Source: a virus (Duplodnaviria; Caudoviricetes). Taken from it: a stretch of 24,799 nt of DNA. The stretch covers positions 1-24,799 of the IMG/VR virus record IMGVR_UViG_3300023173_000970. One strand, written 5' to 3'. A program made the translations under genes and the position numbers. The notes beneath the pieces are model-generated. The model was not told where the DNA came from. It searched no databases and saw only the letters and a list, made by a program, of their open reading frames with translations. Of this stretch, positions 16,201 to 24,066 are shown piece by piece; position 1 is the stretch's first letter; every line of letters begins with the position of its first letter.

Positions 16201-17863
16201 GCAGGGAACGGAACTTAGCAAGGAAGTCCTTGAGGGGATCAACCGCGCAGCAAAGGCACAGGCTTTGCGGGATCTGAAGGAAACGCTGTACACCATCGAG
16301 CAATACTCGACGATGGCTAAGTACCTGCGCTTCATTATCCCCTTCTTCCCTGCCTTCCAGAACACGGCATCAACGTGGGCGAGGATCGTTGCGCGAGACC
16401 CTGCTGTCATTCCACGCGCCGATACATTATGGAACCTCCCCAACTCCCTGGGGATGGTGGTGGATGATGACGGAGAGGTAGTTCCTTACGACCGTTACGG
16501 CTTCATTCGCGGTGGTGAGTCCAACTGGATCATCATGCCTCAACCCGTTCGGGACTACTCGATAGAAAAGTTCGGCATTCCTTTCGATGTTCCGCAGGGA
16601 AGCCTGAACGTTGCTTTCCCCGGCGAGACTCCTTACTTGCCTGGGTTCGGGCCGCTCGTAACTATGCCCGTGAACATGTTCTTGGCAAACAAGCCAGATG
16701 TGCAAAAGATAGTTCGTGAAACCATTGGCGAAACCTTTTACCAGAACATTGTCCCGTTCGGCAGGACTGAGCCAGAAACTTGGAAACTCGCGGCACCTGG
16801 CGGGTGGCGCAAACTTTTGAATTGGCAGGGCGGGGAAGGTAACGACGTTTACCTAGGTATCGGTGGAGCGATCATGCGAGACGAACACTTCCGCTGGGCC
16901 GAAAGTGGAGGGTTGCCCGACGAGAAATACTCGGCAGAAGGAGTCATTGAAAAAATCAATGCCTACTTCACGATGAGCGTTCTCGCCTCATTCGGTGGTC
17001 CGGTATCTATTTCCCCTGGATCAGCAAACGCTCTCGCGTTGGGTTACTGGCGCAGGCTGCTGGAAGACCCGACGCTTACTTACGACGAGCGCCTAAAGCG
17101 ACTTGAGGACAAGTTCGGTCCCAACGCTGCGGTGTTGGTTACGTCCACCTCGGAGAAGGTCAAGGGTGTCGGCTACACGATGGAGGAGTACCAGCAGCAG
17201 AAGAAGTACCAGGATGTAGCCAGGGACTTGGGCAAGATTGACCCCGACCTTGTAGGTCTTATCAGTTCTGGTGTTCCCGCTGGTGAGTTCGATCAGGGTG
17301 TTTACACCGCTTTGGGCATGGAAGAGGTGCCGGGAACTGGTGTTCCCTACCGGGAAAAGAAGTCCTTAAGTGCAATGGAAAATGACCTTGCCTTGAGTAC
17401 CGCTTGGGATGAATACAACGAGATGAAAGATGCTCGGGATGCGGCGCTAGATGAGATCGGTGCGAGCATTAACAGTAACGCCGCTCGCGGCATCCGTGAG
17501 GCTTGGAACTATTTCAAGTACGACTTCATGGAGCAGAAGCACGGACAGGCGTGGGCTACTGCTATTAACGGGTTCGATCTAGACCAGGGTAGAACGTTGC
17601 AGGGCATCCAGGTTCTCCTTAATGACGAGAAATTTATGAGCGAGCACGGCAATACGCCGATGTGGATGCAGGTTCGTGAGTACATGGAAACCAGGGCTGC
17701 GGGACAGCAGGCCATTGCGGAGGGCGCTGACTCTGGTTCGGTGAACGATATGTGGGCCGTCTACCGGGAGCAGGTTAGGTACTCGTCACTCTTGTTTAGT
17801 GACTTCTTTGATATGTACCTCGATAACGATGACGTTATTAGAGATTACGCGGCGGTGGACTGA
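13205..17863 (+). CDS. large internal virion / DNA-ejection protein (~1552 aa)
   Basis: Size, helical character, LRFIIPFFPAFQN segment like those in large ejection/LPD38-type proteins; ATG 13205 overlaps the upstream stop. Confidence 0.7.
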   Translation: MGRFIGDEAATLTPADNLGKPIKDASEETRQQMIEADRVRQRMALQEEAETPNLVQRFLNPALNAVDSGIEKIDNFYKETEQNYTALIDFAGSAVTGNERLTLEDTYKVSPGQAIEANIEALFDDSVRLADDDWRESQWGVSNRNPLDDDFNVNYSTGALDFAVDWYLDPLVLGSKFTKVLRFGTAFGKPIPGMAGGLTHRLTSGKAGAKVIQQVGNDIDQAIANPSSQVGSVGKINQMARDLAKNDYNYALTVREFRGPNQGALATAASLIDDERTMKVFLGAMTGSQRHIDELANIRNDIYTNVMKLAHPDVYERLAVHTAESKMPVALERFLEPGADGVKRIEAMADNSEEFADILREMGYGYRLKGVKAASRLSQEVGGGAVIRDWRSPYQSALYKKRNARKLQAEKRGTSPAAREFMYIDNFGIPLRLLSATKQFLTGKETNGLVQVRGLEAGRGFTEIRAVGTDSSVLRNSGFEREALEIWGKAVTPDEKFVAVKEIENRAFEIQVAHYLGKSDLGEQVKKLSDEDQRKVMKDLNDLRSDLYKRIDKRRAEILRIARDPKRAYATYIDPDNGVQVVLDKRLRSQLSVAEPMLDMKMLQKTARLLVRDFSKQYDLTNDLLSAGSRTKVPGVGKGQGFRNWSVNTLDTTLALWKATVLIRAGYTQRNLFENSLRSVATIGILPMIARMPGGVAKITNNTYKRGKNRTIVKRWNRLANEEAEKIANFKARIARGTLGLDDQLAESEQQLAALLEKIRKTELNLTGDAQKVFGLELFKATGIRVGDEWFTPWDDVTRDLTSMGNTNRQTLNALIDGESDLLVDSQKYIMVNPGDPQYWDELVQSGIQFVEDEVTKRVLQGQSAESIIKWMKSPNARYYRDDMKTPIRGVSDYVANRVEMVERYLPTEKSRQMVLDGNVSPAQLKAELGNLIESTITPLSPIHGREVTEKVRNWGFRPVTNWVFNLIGDLPETHLNRQPFYDTVWRKEFNARVANAREQGTELSKEVLEGINRAAKAQALRDLKETLYTIEQYSTMAKYLRFIIPFFPAFQNTASTWARIVARDPAVIPRADTLWNLPNSLGMVVDDDGEVVPYDRYGFIRGGESNWIIMPQPVRDYSIEKFGIPFDVPQGSLNVAFPGETPYLPGFGPLVTMPVNMFLANKPDVQKIVRETIGETFYQNIVPFGRTEPETWKLAAPGGWRKLLNWQGGEGNDVYLGIGGAIMRDEHFRWAESGGLPDEKYSAEGVIEKINAYFTMSVLASFGGPVSISPGSANALALGYWRRLLEDPTLTYDERLKRLEDKFGPNAAVLVTSTSEKVKGVGYTMEEYQQQKKYQDVARDLGKIDPDLVGLISSGVPAGEFDQGVYTALGMEEVPGTGVPYREKKSLSAMENDLALSTAWDEYNEMKDARDAALDEIGASINSNAARGIREAWNYFKYDFMEQKHGQAWATAINGFDLDQGRTLQGIQVLLNDEKFMSEHGNTPMWMQVREYMETRAAGQQAIAEGADSGSVNDMWAVYREQVRYSSLLFSDFFDMYLDNDDVIRDYAAVD

Positions 17864-17864
17864 T

Positions 17865-18683
17865 ATGACGATTGACTTCACAGGGACGGGTCAGGGATTA
17901 AGCCTGACGGGTACGAACTTCGAGAGCAAAGTAGACGAGTTCAACAGAAAATTTAGGGAAGCGACGGGCATGAACTCCGGTTCTGTCGGAAGTGACCCTA
18001 CCGAATTTGCTGTCCCTGTCGGCCCTGGTCGAATGGTTGGAACAGACACGTTCGTTAACCCTGACGCTCCTTACATATCTCTGTATGACGCTCGCCGCGA
18101 AGTGTTCCCAACGATGACGAACACCGAGATCAAGCAAAAACTCTTGGAAATGAAGGCGACTGACCCGAAGCAATACAAGGATTTTCTCGACTTGATGGAT
18201 AAGTCTGGATATGACGACGTTGATGAAATGCTTCAGGGGGCCGCTCTCGCTAAGCAGGATGTGAATGAGTTCCTAACCAGTCGCGCAGACATGGGTTTGT
18301 TTGGTTCTGGCTCGGGTGGTCCGACGACCACGGTGACAACGAACGAGTCCAATCGTGGTCAGGCGTTCACGACAGTCAACCCGCAGTTTGAGGCTGGCCT
18401 AGGTCGTCAGGTAAACCCCGATGAGGTCGCAGATTTTCAGAAGACTCTTAACCAGTTCGAGCGTGCAAACCCGTATGTGACGACTTCCGGTAGGGGTTTC
18501 TCTAAGACTACTGGTGGGTTCAACCCCGCTGAACTGGCTCGGTCTTACGTCCAAGGGCAAGAGGATTACGCAGAGTCTCAGGTTGCGTCGAACTTCCTTG
18601 GTGTTCTTGATGGCATTCTTGCAGATCCAAGAAATCGACCTGGCCCTGATCTTCAGGAGCGCATGTCGAGGATGGGCTACTAA
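17865..18683 (+). CDS. putative internal virion/ejection protein (272 aa)
   Basis: ATG 1 nt after the upstream stop; operon context. Confidence 0.7.
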   Translation: MTIDFTGTGQGLSLTGTNFESKVDEFNRKFREATGMNSGSVGSDPTEFAVPVGPGRMVGTDTFVNPDAPYISLYDARREVFPTMTNTEIKQKLLEMKATDPKQYKDFLDLMDKSGYDDVDEMLQGAALAKQDVNEFLTSRADMGLFGSGSGGPTTTVTTNESNRGQAFTTVNPQFEAGLGRQVNPDEVADFQKTLNQFERANPYVTTSGRGFSKTTGGFNPAELARSYVQGQEDYAESQVASNFLGVLDGILADPRNRPGPDLQERMSRMGY

Positions 18684-19705
18684 TGGTCTACAACCCGTTG
18701 GATGAAAACAACGACGGCAAGGTCTCCAAGAAGGAGATGAAACGCTTCAATAAAGGGAAGCGCCAAATCGACACCTTTGAGACTGAGAAGTATGCACAGC
18801 AGTTCGGGTACGGAGCGGCCTACCTTGACAAGAACCCGCAACTCATTGCTCTTTTCAATGAGATGATTGGTGATCTTGTCACCGATGCCTCCATCATTGA
18901 GGCTCGCATCAAGGGAAGCGACTGGTTCCGTAAGTACAACGCTGAGTGGCAGGAGAAGGACAAGCAGCGTTCGGAGTTGGGCGAGGACGCTTTCAACGCG
19001 ATCATCGACAACGATGTCGAGGAGTTGCGTAAGAGGTTCGAGGCTCGCGGTGCAACCGTTCCTCCTGACGAGGTTCTTCGAGACTTGGCTACTAAGTCCT
19101 TCTACGGAGTTTCAGAGCGTCGTAAGAGTTACGAGGATTACGACGAAGAATGGCTCGACGACATCGTTAATGGCTACGTCAACTTCGATAACACCCAGAT
19201 GGTCGGTGGCATTGAGGTCTTCGATTTCGACGGTGAGGCGGGTGTTAAGTCAGATGAGTTGTATCAACTTGCTCGGAACTATGGCATTGACACCTCTATG
19301 TCGAACACCGCTTTTACTTCTTGGTTTAGAACGACCCTCAATCGTTACCTCGATGGTGACATCAAGAGGGATGCTCTGGATCAGGAACTTAAGGACATGG
19401 CTAAGGGCTTGTACCCAGGTCTCGCTAAGCAGATTGATAACGGGTACGACGTTGTTACCGCTATCAATCCCTACCAAAAGGTGATGGCTCAAGAGTTGGA
19501 ACTTCCTGATCTTGACTTCAATGACCCGCTCATGCAGAGAGTCGTGAACTCAATGGGAGAAGACGGTGAATGGCAGCCTCTTAATCTTTATGACGCTCGA
19601 ATGATGGCGCGTAAGGATGAGCGGTTTGACTACACCTCTACGGCTATTAAGGAGAAGACCGACATCGCATCGCGGATTCTCAAAGACTTCGGGTTCTTGG
19701 GGTAG
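18683..19705 (+). CDS. putative internal virion/ejection protein with N-terminal EF-hand-like loop (340 aa)
   Basis: TAATG overlap; DENNDGKVSKKE. Confidence 0.7.
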   Translation: MVYNPLDENNDGKVSKKEMKRFNKGKRQIDTFETEKYAQQFGYGAAYLDKNPQLIALFNEMIGDLVTDASIIEARIKGSDWFRKYNAEWQEKDKQRSELGEDAFNAIIDNDVEELRKRFEARGATVPPDEVLRDLATKSFYGVSERRKSYEDYDEEWLDDIVNGYVNFDNTQMVGGIEVFDFDGEAGVKSDELYQLARNYGIDTSMSNTAFTSWFRTTLNRYLDGDIKRDALDQELKDMAKGLYPGLAKQIDNGYDVVTAINPYQKVMAQELELPDLDFNDPLMQRVVNSMGEDGEWQPLNLYDARMMARKDERFDYTSTAIKEKTDIASRILKDFGFLG

Positions 19706-19708
19706 CGC

Positions 19709-20917
19709 ATGGTTGATATCAACAGAATTGACCTAGCCGCCCTTCAACAACTGCAAGCCGATCTGGATCGCCAGACGAGCACTCCGCAGGGGCGAAATGA
19801 ACTTGACTCATTCCTTGCGGCGAACTCATCGGGGTATTACCAGAGTGTTCAGGAGGCGATACCCCAGCCACCGCCACGGCAGAACGACGACCCACCGCCA
19901 GCGCCCACGGTCACAGGCACTTACCAGAAGAGAATCCTTGGCGGCTACCTAGTCACGATGGAGCGCCTGTCAAATGGGACAGAGCGCGAGATTTACCGTG
20001 AGCGTTCTCAGTCTGCCGGTGATGCAGTCAACCTGATGTTCCAGAACCTTGGCCTTGGTCAAGGTCTCATCGACAGTATTAACGCCAGCATCAAGAGTTT
20101 GTACGCTAACTTCCTTGACCCGTCCGAGGCACAGATCTTGAACGAGATCTACACCTCTGACGCTTACAAGCAACGCTTCAAGGGCAATGAGATTATTCGT
20201 CAACGGTTGGCTAATGGTCAAGGTCGCCCAGGCGACCGCATGTTGACACCCGCTCAGTACATCGAGCAGGAACGCCAGTACCGGGAAATCCTGCAATCCG
20301 CTGATATGCCTGGTGGCTTCTACGACTCACCTGATGATTTCACAAATCTGATCGGCAACAGCATCAGCGTTGCTGAGTTCCGCAATCGAGTTGACACGGC
20401 ATACGCGGCGCTCAACGAGGCAGATGACTTCTTGAAGGAGCAGTTATCTACATACTATGGATTGACGACGGGCGAGATGGTTTCGTACTTGTTGGACCCG
20501 GCAAGGGCGACCCCGATTTTGAATCAGAGGCAAACCAACAATCCGTATGGACTGAACTCGTACAGAGAATTGCAGCGGCAGTACGAGACAGCCGAGGTGG
20601 GCGCTGCAAGCGAGCGGCTTGGCGGGAAAGATATATCCAGGGGATTCGCTGAAGAGTTTGTTGATGCTGGCAAGGCTGATAAGGCTGAGCAGGCATTCTC
20701 TACGGCAGTTGCGATGGAAGGCGATGTCACTCGCCTTGGCAAGTTGTACGGCGATGACACGATGAATTATCAGGGTATCGCTCGTGAGGCTGCTTCGTTA
20801 ACTGGTGGCGCTGCCATAGGCAAGCGTCGTCGTAAGTTCGCCAGTAAAGAGCGAGCACAGTTCAAGAAGGAAAGTGCTCTCGGGCGAGGTTCCTTGTCCA
20901 AGAGAACAGACGTTTAA
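19709..20917 (+). CDS. putative internal virion/ejection protein (402 aa)
   Basis: ORF track; helical, basic C-terminus; operon context. Confidence 0.7.
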   Translation: MVDINRIDLAALQQLQADLDRQTSTPQGRNELDSFLAANSSGYYQSVQEAIPQPPPRQNDDPPPAPTVTGTYQKRILGGYLVTMERLSNGTEREIYRERSQSAGDAVNLMFQNLGLGQGLIDSINASIKSLYANFLDPSEAQILNEIYTSDAYKQRFKGNEIIRQRLANGQGRPGDRMLTPAQYIEQERQYREILQSADMPGGFYDSPDDFTNLIGNSISVAEFRNRVDTAYAALNEADDFLKEQLSTYYGLTTGEMVSYLLDPARATPILNQRQTNNPYGLNSYRELQRQYETAEVGAASERLGGKDISRGFAEEFVDAGKADKAEQAFSTAVAMEGDVTRLGKLYGDDTMNYQGIAREAASLTGGAAIGKRRRKFASKERAQFKKESALGRGSLSKRTDV

Positions 20918-20924
20918 TACGTCG

Positions 20925-21005
20925 GGGCATGACAGGTTAGAAGGAAAACGTAAAGCATCGCTCTACAACTTCCTTAACTCCCGTTCGATTCGGGACATGT
21001 CCACC
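20925..21005 (+). ncRNA. minimal tmRNA-like RNA: tRNA(Ala)-like domain only, no tag reading frame
   Basis: Acceptor GGGCAUG/CAUGUCC with G3:U70 and discriminator A; stemless D-loop ACAGGUUAG; helix AAGGAA/UUCCUU capped by a short hairpin; T-arm UCCCG-UUCGAUU-CGGGA. Confidence 0.75.
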
Positions 21006-21009
21006 CATA

Positions 21010-21130
21010 GCAGGATCGGTCGGCCCCTGCGTGAGTAGTAGTCCGATAGTCGCTACAGCCATTCGCGGTAACCCCCTTGACGCGATGTGGGTAGTGCAAC
21101 CCGAAGAAGGGCATACACAGAAAGGGTGTA
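21010..21130 (+). ncRNA. structured 5' leader of the scaffold/capsid genes (pseudoknot plus long hairpin)
   Basis: GCAGG/CCUGC crossed by AUCGG/CCGAU; hairpin CGCUAC..CCA.UCGCG-loop-CGCGA..UGG.GUAGUG with a CCCCCUU loop complementary to AAGGG near the SD. Confidence 0.55.
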
Positions 21131-21133
21131 CCG

Positions 21134-21604
21134 ATGGCCCAATACGAGAATGAATACGATGAAGAGTCGATGTCCGGCTCTGATCTGATTAAGCACCTTC
21201 GCAAGCAGATCAAGGATCTGTCTTCAACGCTCGATGAGCGTGACGATCAACTCGATGAGTTGTACGCGGAGGTTAGGTTCAACGACCTAGCAGCAGCACT
21301 CGAAGAGTCTGGCGTAAGTCCAGCACTTGCACAGTATGTGCCGGATGAGGTTGAGGATATGGATGACCTCTACGACTGGCTTGACGATAACGCTGAGATA
21401 TTCGGCATTGAGGCTGTCGATGACGAAGGACAGGATTATGAAGAGGAGCAATCCTTAATTGATCCGGCAGTCGTTCGTGCCGCAGAAGATATGGCTCGGT
21501 TAACGGACGGTGGGATTGACCCCACCGTTGGCACATCTGTCGAGGACTTGATTAATTCAGCGCAAAGTCCCGAAGAGTTGCAAGCCATTCTACGCGGTCA
21601 GTAA
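21134..21604 (+). CDS. capsid scaffolding protein (156 aa)
   Basis: Acidic, N-terminal coiled coil, immediately upstream of the major capsid gene. Confidence 0.8.
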   Translation: MAQYENEYDEESMSGSDLIKHLRKQIKDLSSTLDERDDQLDELYAEVRFNDLAAALEESGVSPALAQYVPDEVEDMDDLYDWLDDNAEIFGIEAVDDEGQDYEEEQSLIDPAVVRAAEDMARLTDGGIDPTVGTSVEDLINSAQSPEELQAILRGQ

Positions 21605-21637
21605 TCGGTCCCAACGAAAAAGTGAAAGGAGGCGAAG

Positions 21638-22636
21638 ATGGCTAACAACCCAATCGGTACCACGAGTCACACTCATACCGCTGACTCGACCAGTACCACC
21701 ACGATGGGGCACTTGGTTGTCACCGCCTACGACAAATTCGTTGAGATGGCCCTTCGCTCGGAACCCATGTTCCGTAAATTCGCCGATAAGAAGCCGGTTG
21801 ATGTTACATCGCCGGGTTCTACTGTCGTTTTCCAACTGCATAACGACATTGCGCGGGTTACTGCGGCTCTCAACGAGACTCAGGACATTACCTCTACTGC
21901 GATGGAGAACACCAACAAGGTTGCTGTTACCGTCAATGAATATGGTAATGCCGTAACGACCACGGAGCGTTTGTCTTTGGAGGCTATCTCCAAGGTGGAC
22001 CCAGCCGTGGCCGACATACTCGCGTTTAATCAACGCGACAGCCTTGACGCTCTGGTGTGGGCAGTCATGGTTGGTGCTCAGACAGCATTCACCAACTCTG
22101 CCGGGGCTTCAAGTACCCCGGCTCTGCCTGGTGAGAACCTGTCTGGCGGCACGCCTGGAACCATCACCTCGGCTTCCATTCGGAAGGCGGTCAGCAAGTT
22201 GCGCGGCGCTAACGTCCAGCCCCGCGAAGGTTCCTACTTCATGGGCTTCATGCACCCAGATGTTTCTTTCGATCTTCGGAGCGAAGCAAACACCCAGGGT
22301 AATGACCAATGGCGTGCGCCTCACATCTACAACGACACCGGAACCGGAGCGATCTGGGACGGCGAAGTTGGAGTGTATGAGGGAGTCAAGTGGGTAGAGA
22401 CTCCGCGTGCAGAATCCCAGTCGGGTTCTGGCGCGAACAAGATCTACGACACCTTGATTATCGGCAAGCAGGCGCTTGTCGAAGCGGTTCAGTACGAACC
22501 GAAGACGATTGTAGCGCCGGACGTTGACAAGTTGCGTCGTTTCCGCACGGTGGGCTGGAAAGCCTTCCTCGGCTGGAACACGTTCCGCAACGAAGCGCGT
22601 TACAGCATCAAGGTCAAGAGCAGCATCGCTGCCTAG
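21638..22636 (+). CDS. major capsid protein (HK97 fold, N4-gp56-like; 332 aa)
   Basis: AAAGGAGG SD; VTVNEYGNAV, MHPDVSFDLR, GEVGVYEGVKWVE, DKLRRFRTVGWK motifs; follows the scaffold. Confidence 0.92.
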   Translation: MANNPIGTTSHTHTADSTSTTTMGHLVVTAYDKFVEMALRSEPMFRKFADKKPVDVTSPGSTVVFQLHNDIARVTAALNETQDITSTAMENTNKVAVTVNEYGNAVTTTERLSLEAISKVDPAVADILAFNQRDSLDALVWAVMVGAQTAFTNSAGASSTPALPGENLSGGTPGTITSASIRKAVSKLRGANVQPREGSYFMGFMHPDVSFDLRSEANTQGNDQWRAPHIYNDTGTGAIWDGEVGVYEGVKWVETPRAESQSGSGANKIYDTLIIGKQALVEAVQYEPKTIVAPDVDKLRRFRTVGWKAFLGWNTFRNEARYSIKVKSSIAA

Positions 22637-22646
22637 CCGTTGTGTG

Positions 22647-22674
22647 GAGGGGTCGGCCTTCGGGTCGGCCCCTC
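22647..22674 (+). terminator. GC-rich UUCG hairpin after the capsid gene (terminator or mRNA stabiliser, no U-tail)
   Basis: GAGGGGTCGGCC-TTCG-GGTCGGCCCCTC, 10 nt after the stop. Confidence 0.7.
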
Positions 22675-22692
22675 TGCCATGACAAGGAAGAC

Positions 22693-22944
22693 ATGCCAAC
22701 TTTTACGACTCCCCATCGTCACATTAAGTACGGGTTACCGAACCCTTTGTGGTGGGCTGAAGTTGTCGAGGGATATTGGGTTGTTAAGACAGCCGAAGGG
22801 ACTTGGCAACAACTTGTTTGCCCCACCCCTGAATTTATTAAAACGTGTCAAGCCTCTTATCAGGGAGGCATGATCCACGAAATCACTCAAGCAGAAGCCG
22901 ACGAACTGACGGCAGGCGGTTACGGAAGTTATGTCACTACATAA
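22693..22944 (+). CDS. small virion-associated protein (83 aa, MPTFTTP...)
   Basis: ATG with AAGGA SD inside ORF 22642..22944. Confidence 0.8.
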   Translation: MPTFTTPHRHIKYGLPNPLWWAEVVEGYWVVKTAEGTWQQLVCPTPEFIKTCQASYQGGMIHEITQAEADELTAGGYGSYVTT

Positions 22945-23170
22945 GCACATCACACACCCCGAGTTTGTCGAGGGTTGCTTCGGCTGTAAGGCATCTACTT
23001 TGCAATGGGTCTCGATGGACGCTCAGAACAAGAACCGGGCGAATGACCGGGAGTTGGATGCTTACAGGTCTGCCCGTAAGCAGGGCATTCAGCCGAGGTC
23101 TACGAAGATGAAAGATATTACCCTTGCTGTTCGCGCCTCTGAGGAAGTCGGTCGGGCGGTCAAGGCATGA
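22931..23170 (+). CDS. small protein with H..HP....CFGC motif (79 aa)
   Basis: Overlaps both neighbours; HPEFVEGCFGCK...AYRSARKQGIQP. Confidence 0.8.
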   Translation: MSLHKHITHPEFVEGCFGCKASTLQWVSMDAQNKNRANDRELDAYRSARKQGIQPRSTKMKDITLAVRASEEVGRAVKA

Positions 23171-24060
23171 GCACTTTCCTTGAAATTACAGAAGAAACTC
23201 TTGCAGAGATCTCTTCGTATGTTCGCAACCAGGAATCCCTCACGGTTCTGTTGCAGTCGGTTTCGGATACTGACTTGACCTTCACGGTTGATGACGCGAC
23301 CGCTCTTAGTCGAGGCATCGTAGAGATTGACAACGAACTTATTTACGTCAAGTCCGTCAACAAGACCGCTGGCACGGTCGAGATCATGCCCGGTGGTCGG
23401 GGCTTCCGTGGAAGCACCGCTGCTGCTCACTCTGTAAATGCCATTATTCGGAATAATCCGACATTCCCCCGAAGTCAGGTAAAACGGGCACTCAACGACA
23501 CGATCCAGGGCATTGACCTCGTTGCAATCGGCAGTCACACCTTCACCTTCGACGGCATTACTTACGCCTATCCCCTGCCGACGGACTTTGAGGAAATTAC
23601 TGGGGTCTCATTCGACGCGGTTGGGCCGACGGATGTTTGGCACCTTCTAAAGCGGTATCGAGTGGACAGGAACTTCAGGGTTGACGGTGACCCCAACACC
23701 GTCAGGTCAGCCATTGTCTTGCTTGAGGCTCCTATGGCTGGTCGAGATGTTCGTGTGCAATACACGAAGTACCCGTCTCCCCTGGTGAACGACTCGGACA
23801 ACTTTGCGTCCACAAGCGGTCTTCCGCAATCAGCGGAAGACGTTATCCGTCTTGGTGCTATGTGGCGTTTGGTGAGCACGATTGACCCCGGCAAGGTGAC
23901 GGCGGTGTCGCCTTCGGCAGACGTTATGGATGCTCCCTTCGAGGTGGGGCAGTCCTCCTCCGTTGCTCGCTACTTGTACCAGTTGTTCGGTGTTCGTCTG
24001 GCTGAAGAGAAGGCGAAGCAACAGAAAAATTATCTATCAATCATTCAGTACGCGAGGTAA
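23167..24060 (+). CDS. head-tail adaptor / tail tubular protein (297 aa)
   Basis: ATGA overlap; position after the capsid; VKRALND...YAYPLPTDF pattern of podoviral adaptor proteins. Confidence 0.65.
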   Translation: MSTFLEITEETLAEISSYVRNQESLTVLLQSVSDTDLTFTVDDATALSRGIVEIDNELIYVKSVNKTAGTVEIMPGGRGFRGSTAAAHSVNAIIRNNPTFPRSQVKRALNDTIQGIDLVAIGSHTFTFDGITYAYPLPTDFEEITGVSFDAVGPTDVWHLLKRYRVDRNFRVDGDPNTVRSAIVLLEAPMAGRDVRVQYTKYPSPLVNDSDNFASTSGLPQSAEDVIRLGAMWRLVSTIDPGKVTAVSPSADVMDAPFEVGQSSSVARYLYQLFGVRLAEEKAKQQKNYLSIIQYAR

Positions 24061-24066
24061 GAAAGT

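Noticed and set aside
20925-21005. Canonical tRNA-Ala gene
   Set aside because: No D-stem and no 5-bp stem with 7-nt anticodon loop; fits a tmRNA tRNA-like domain better
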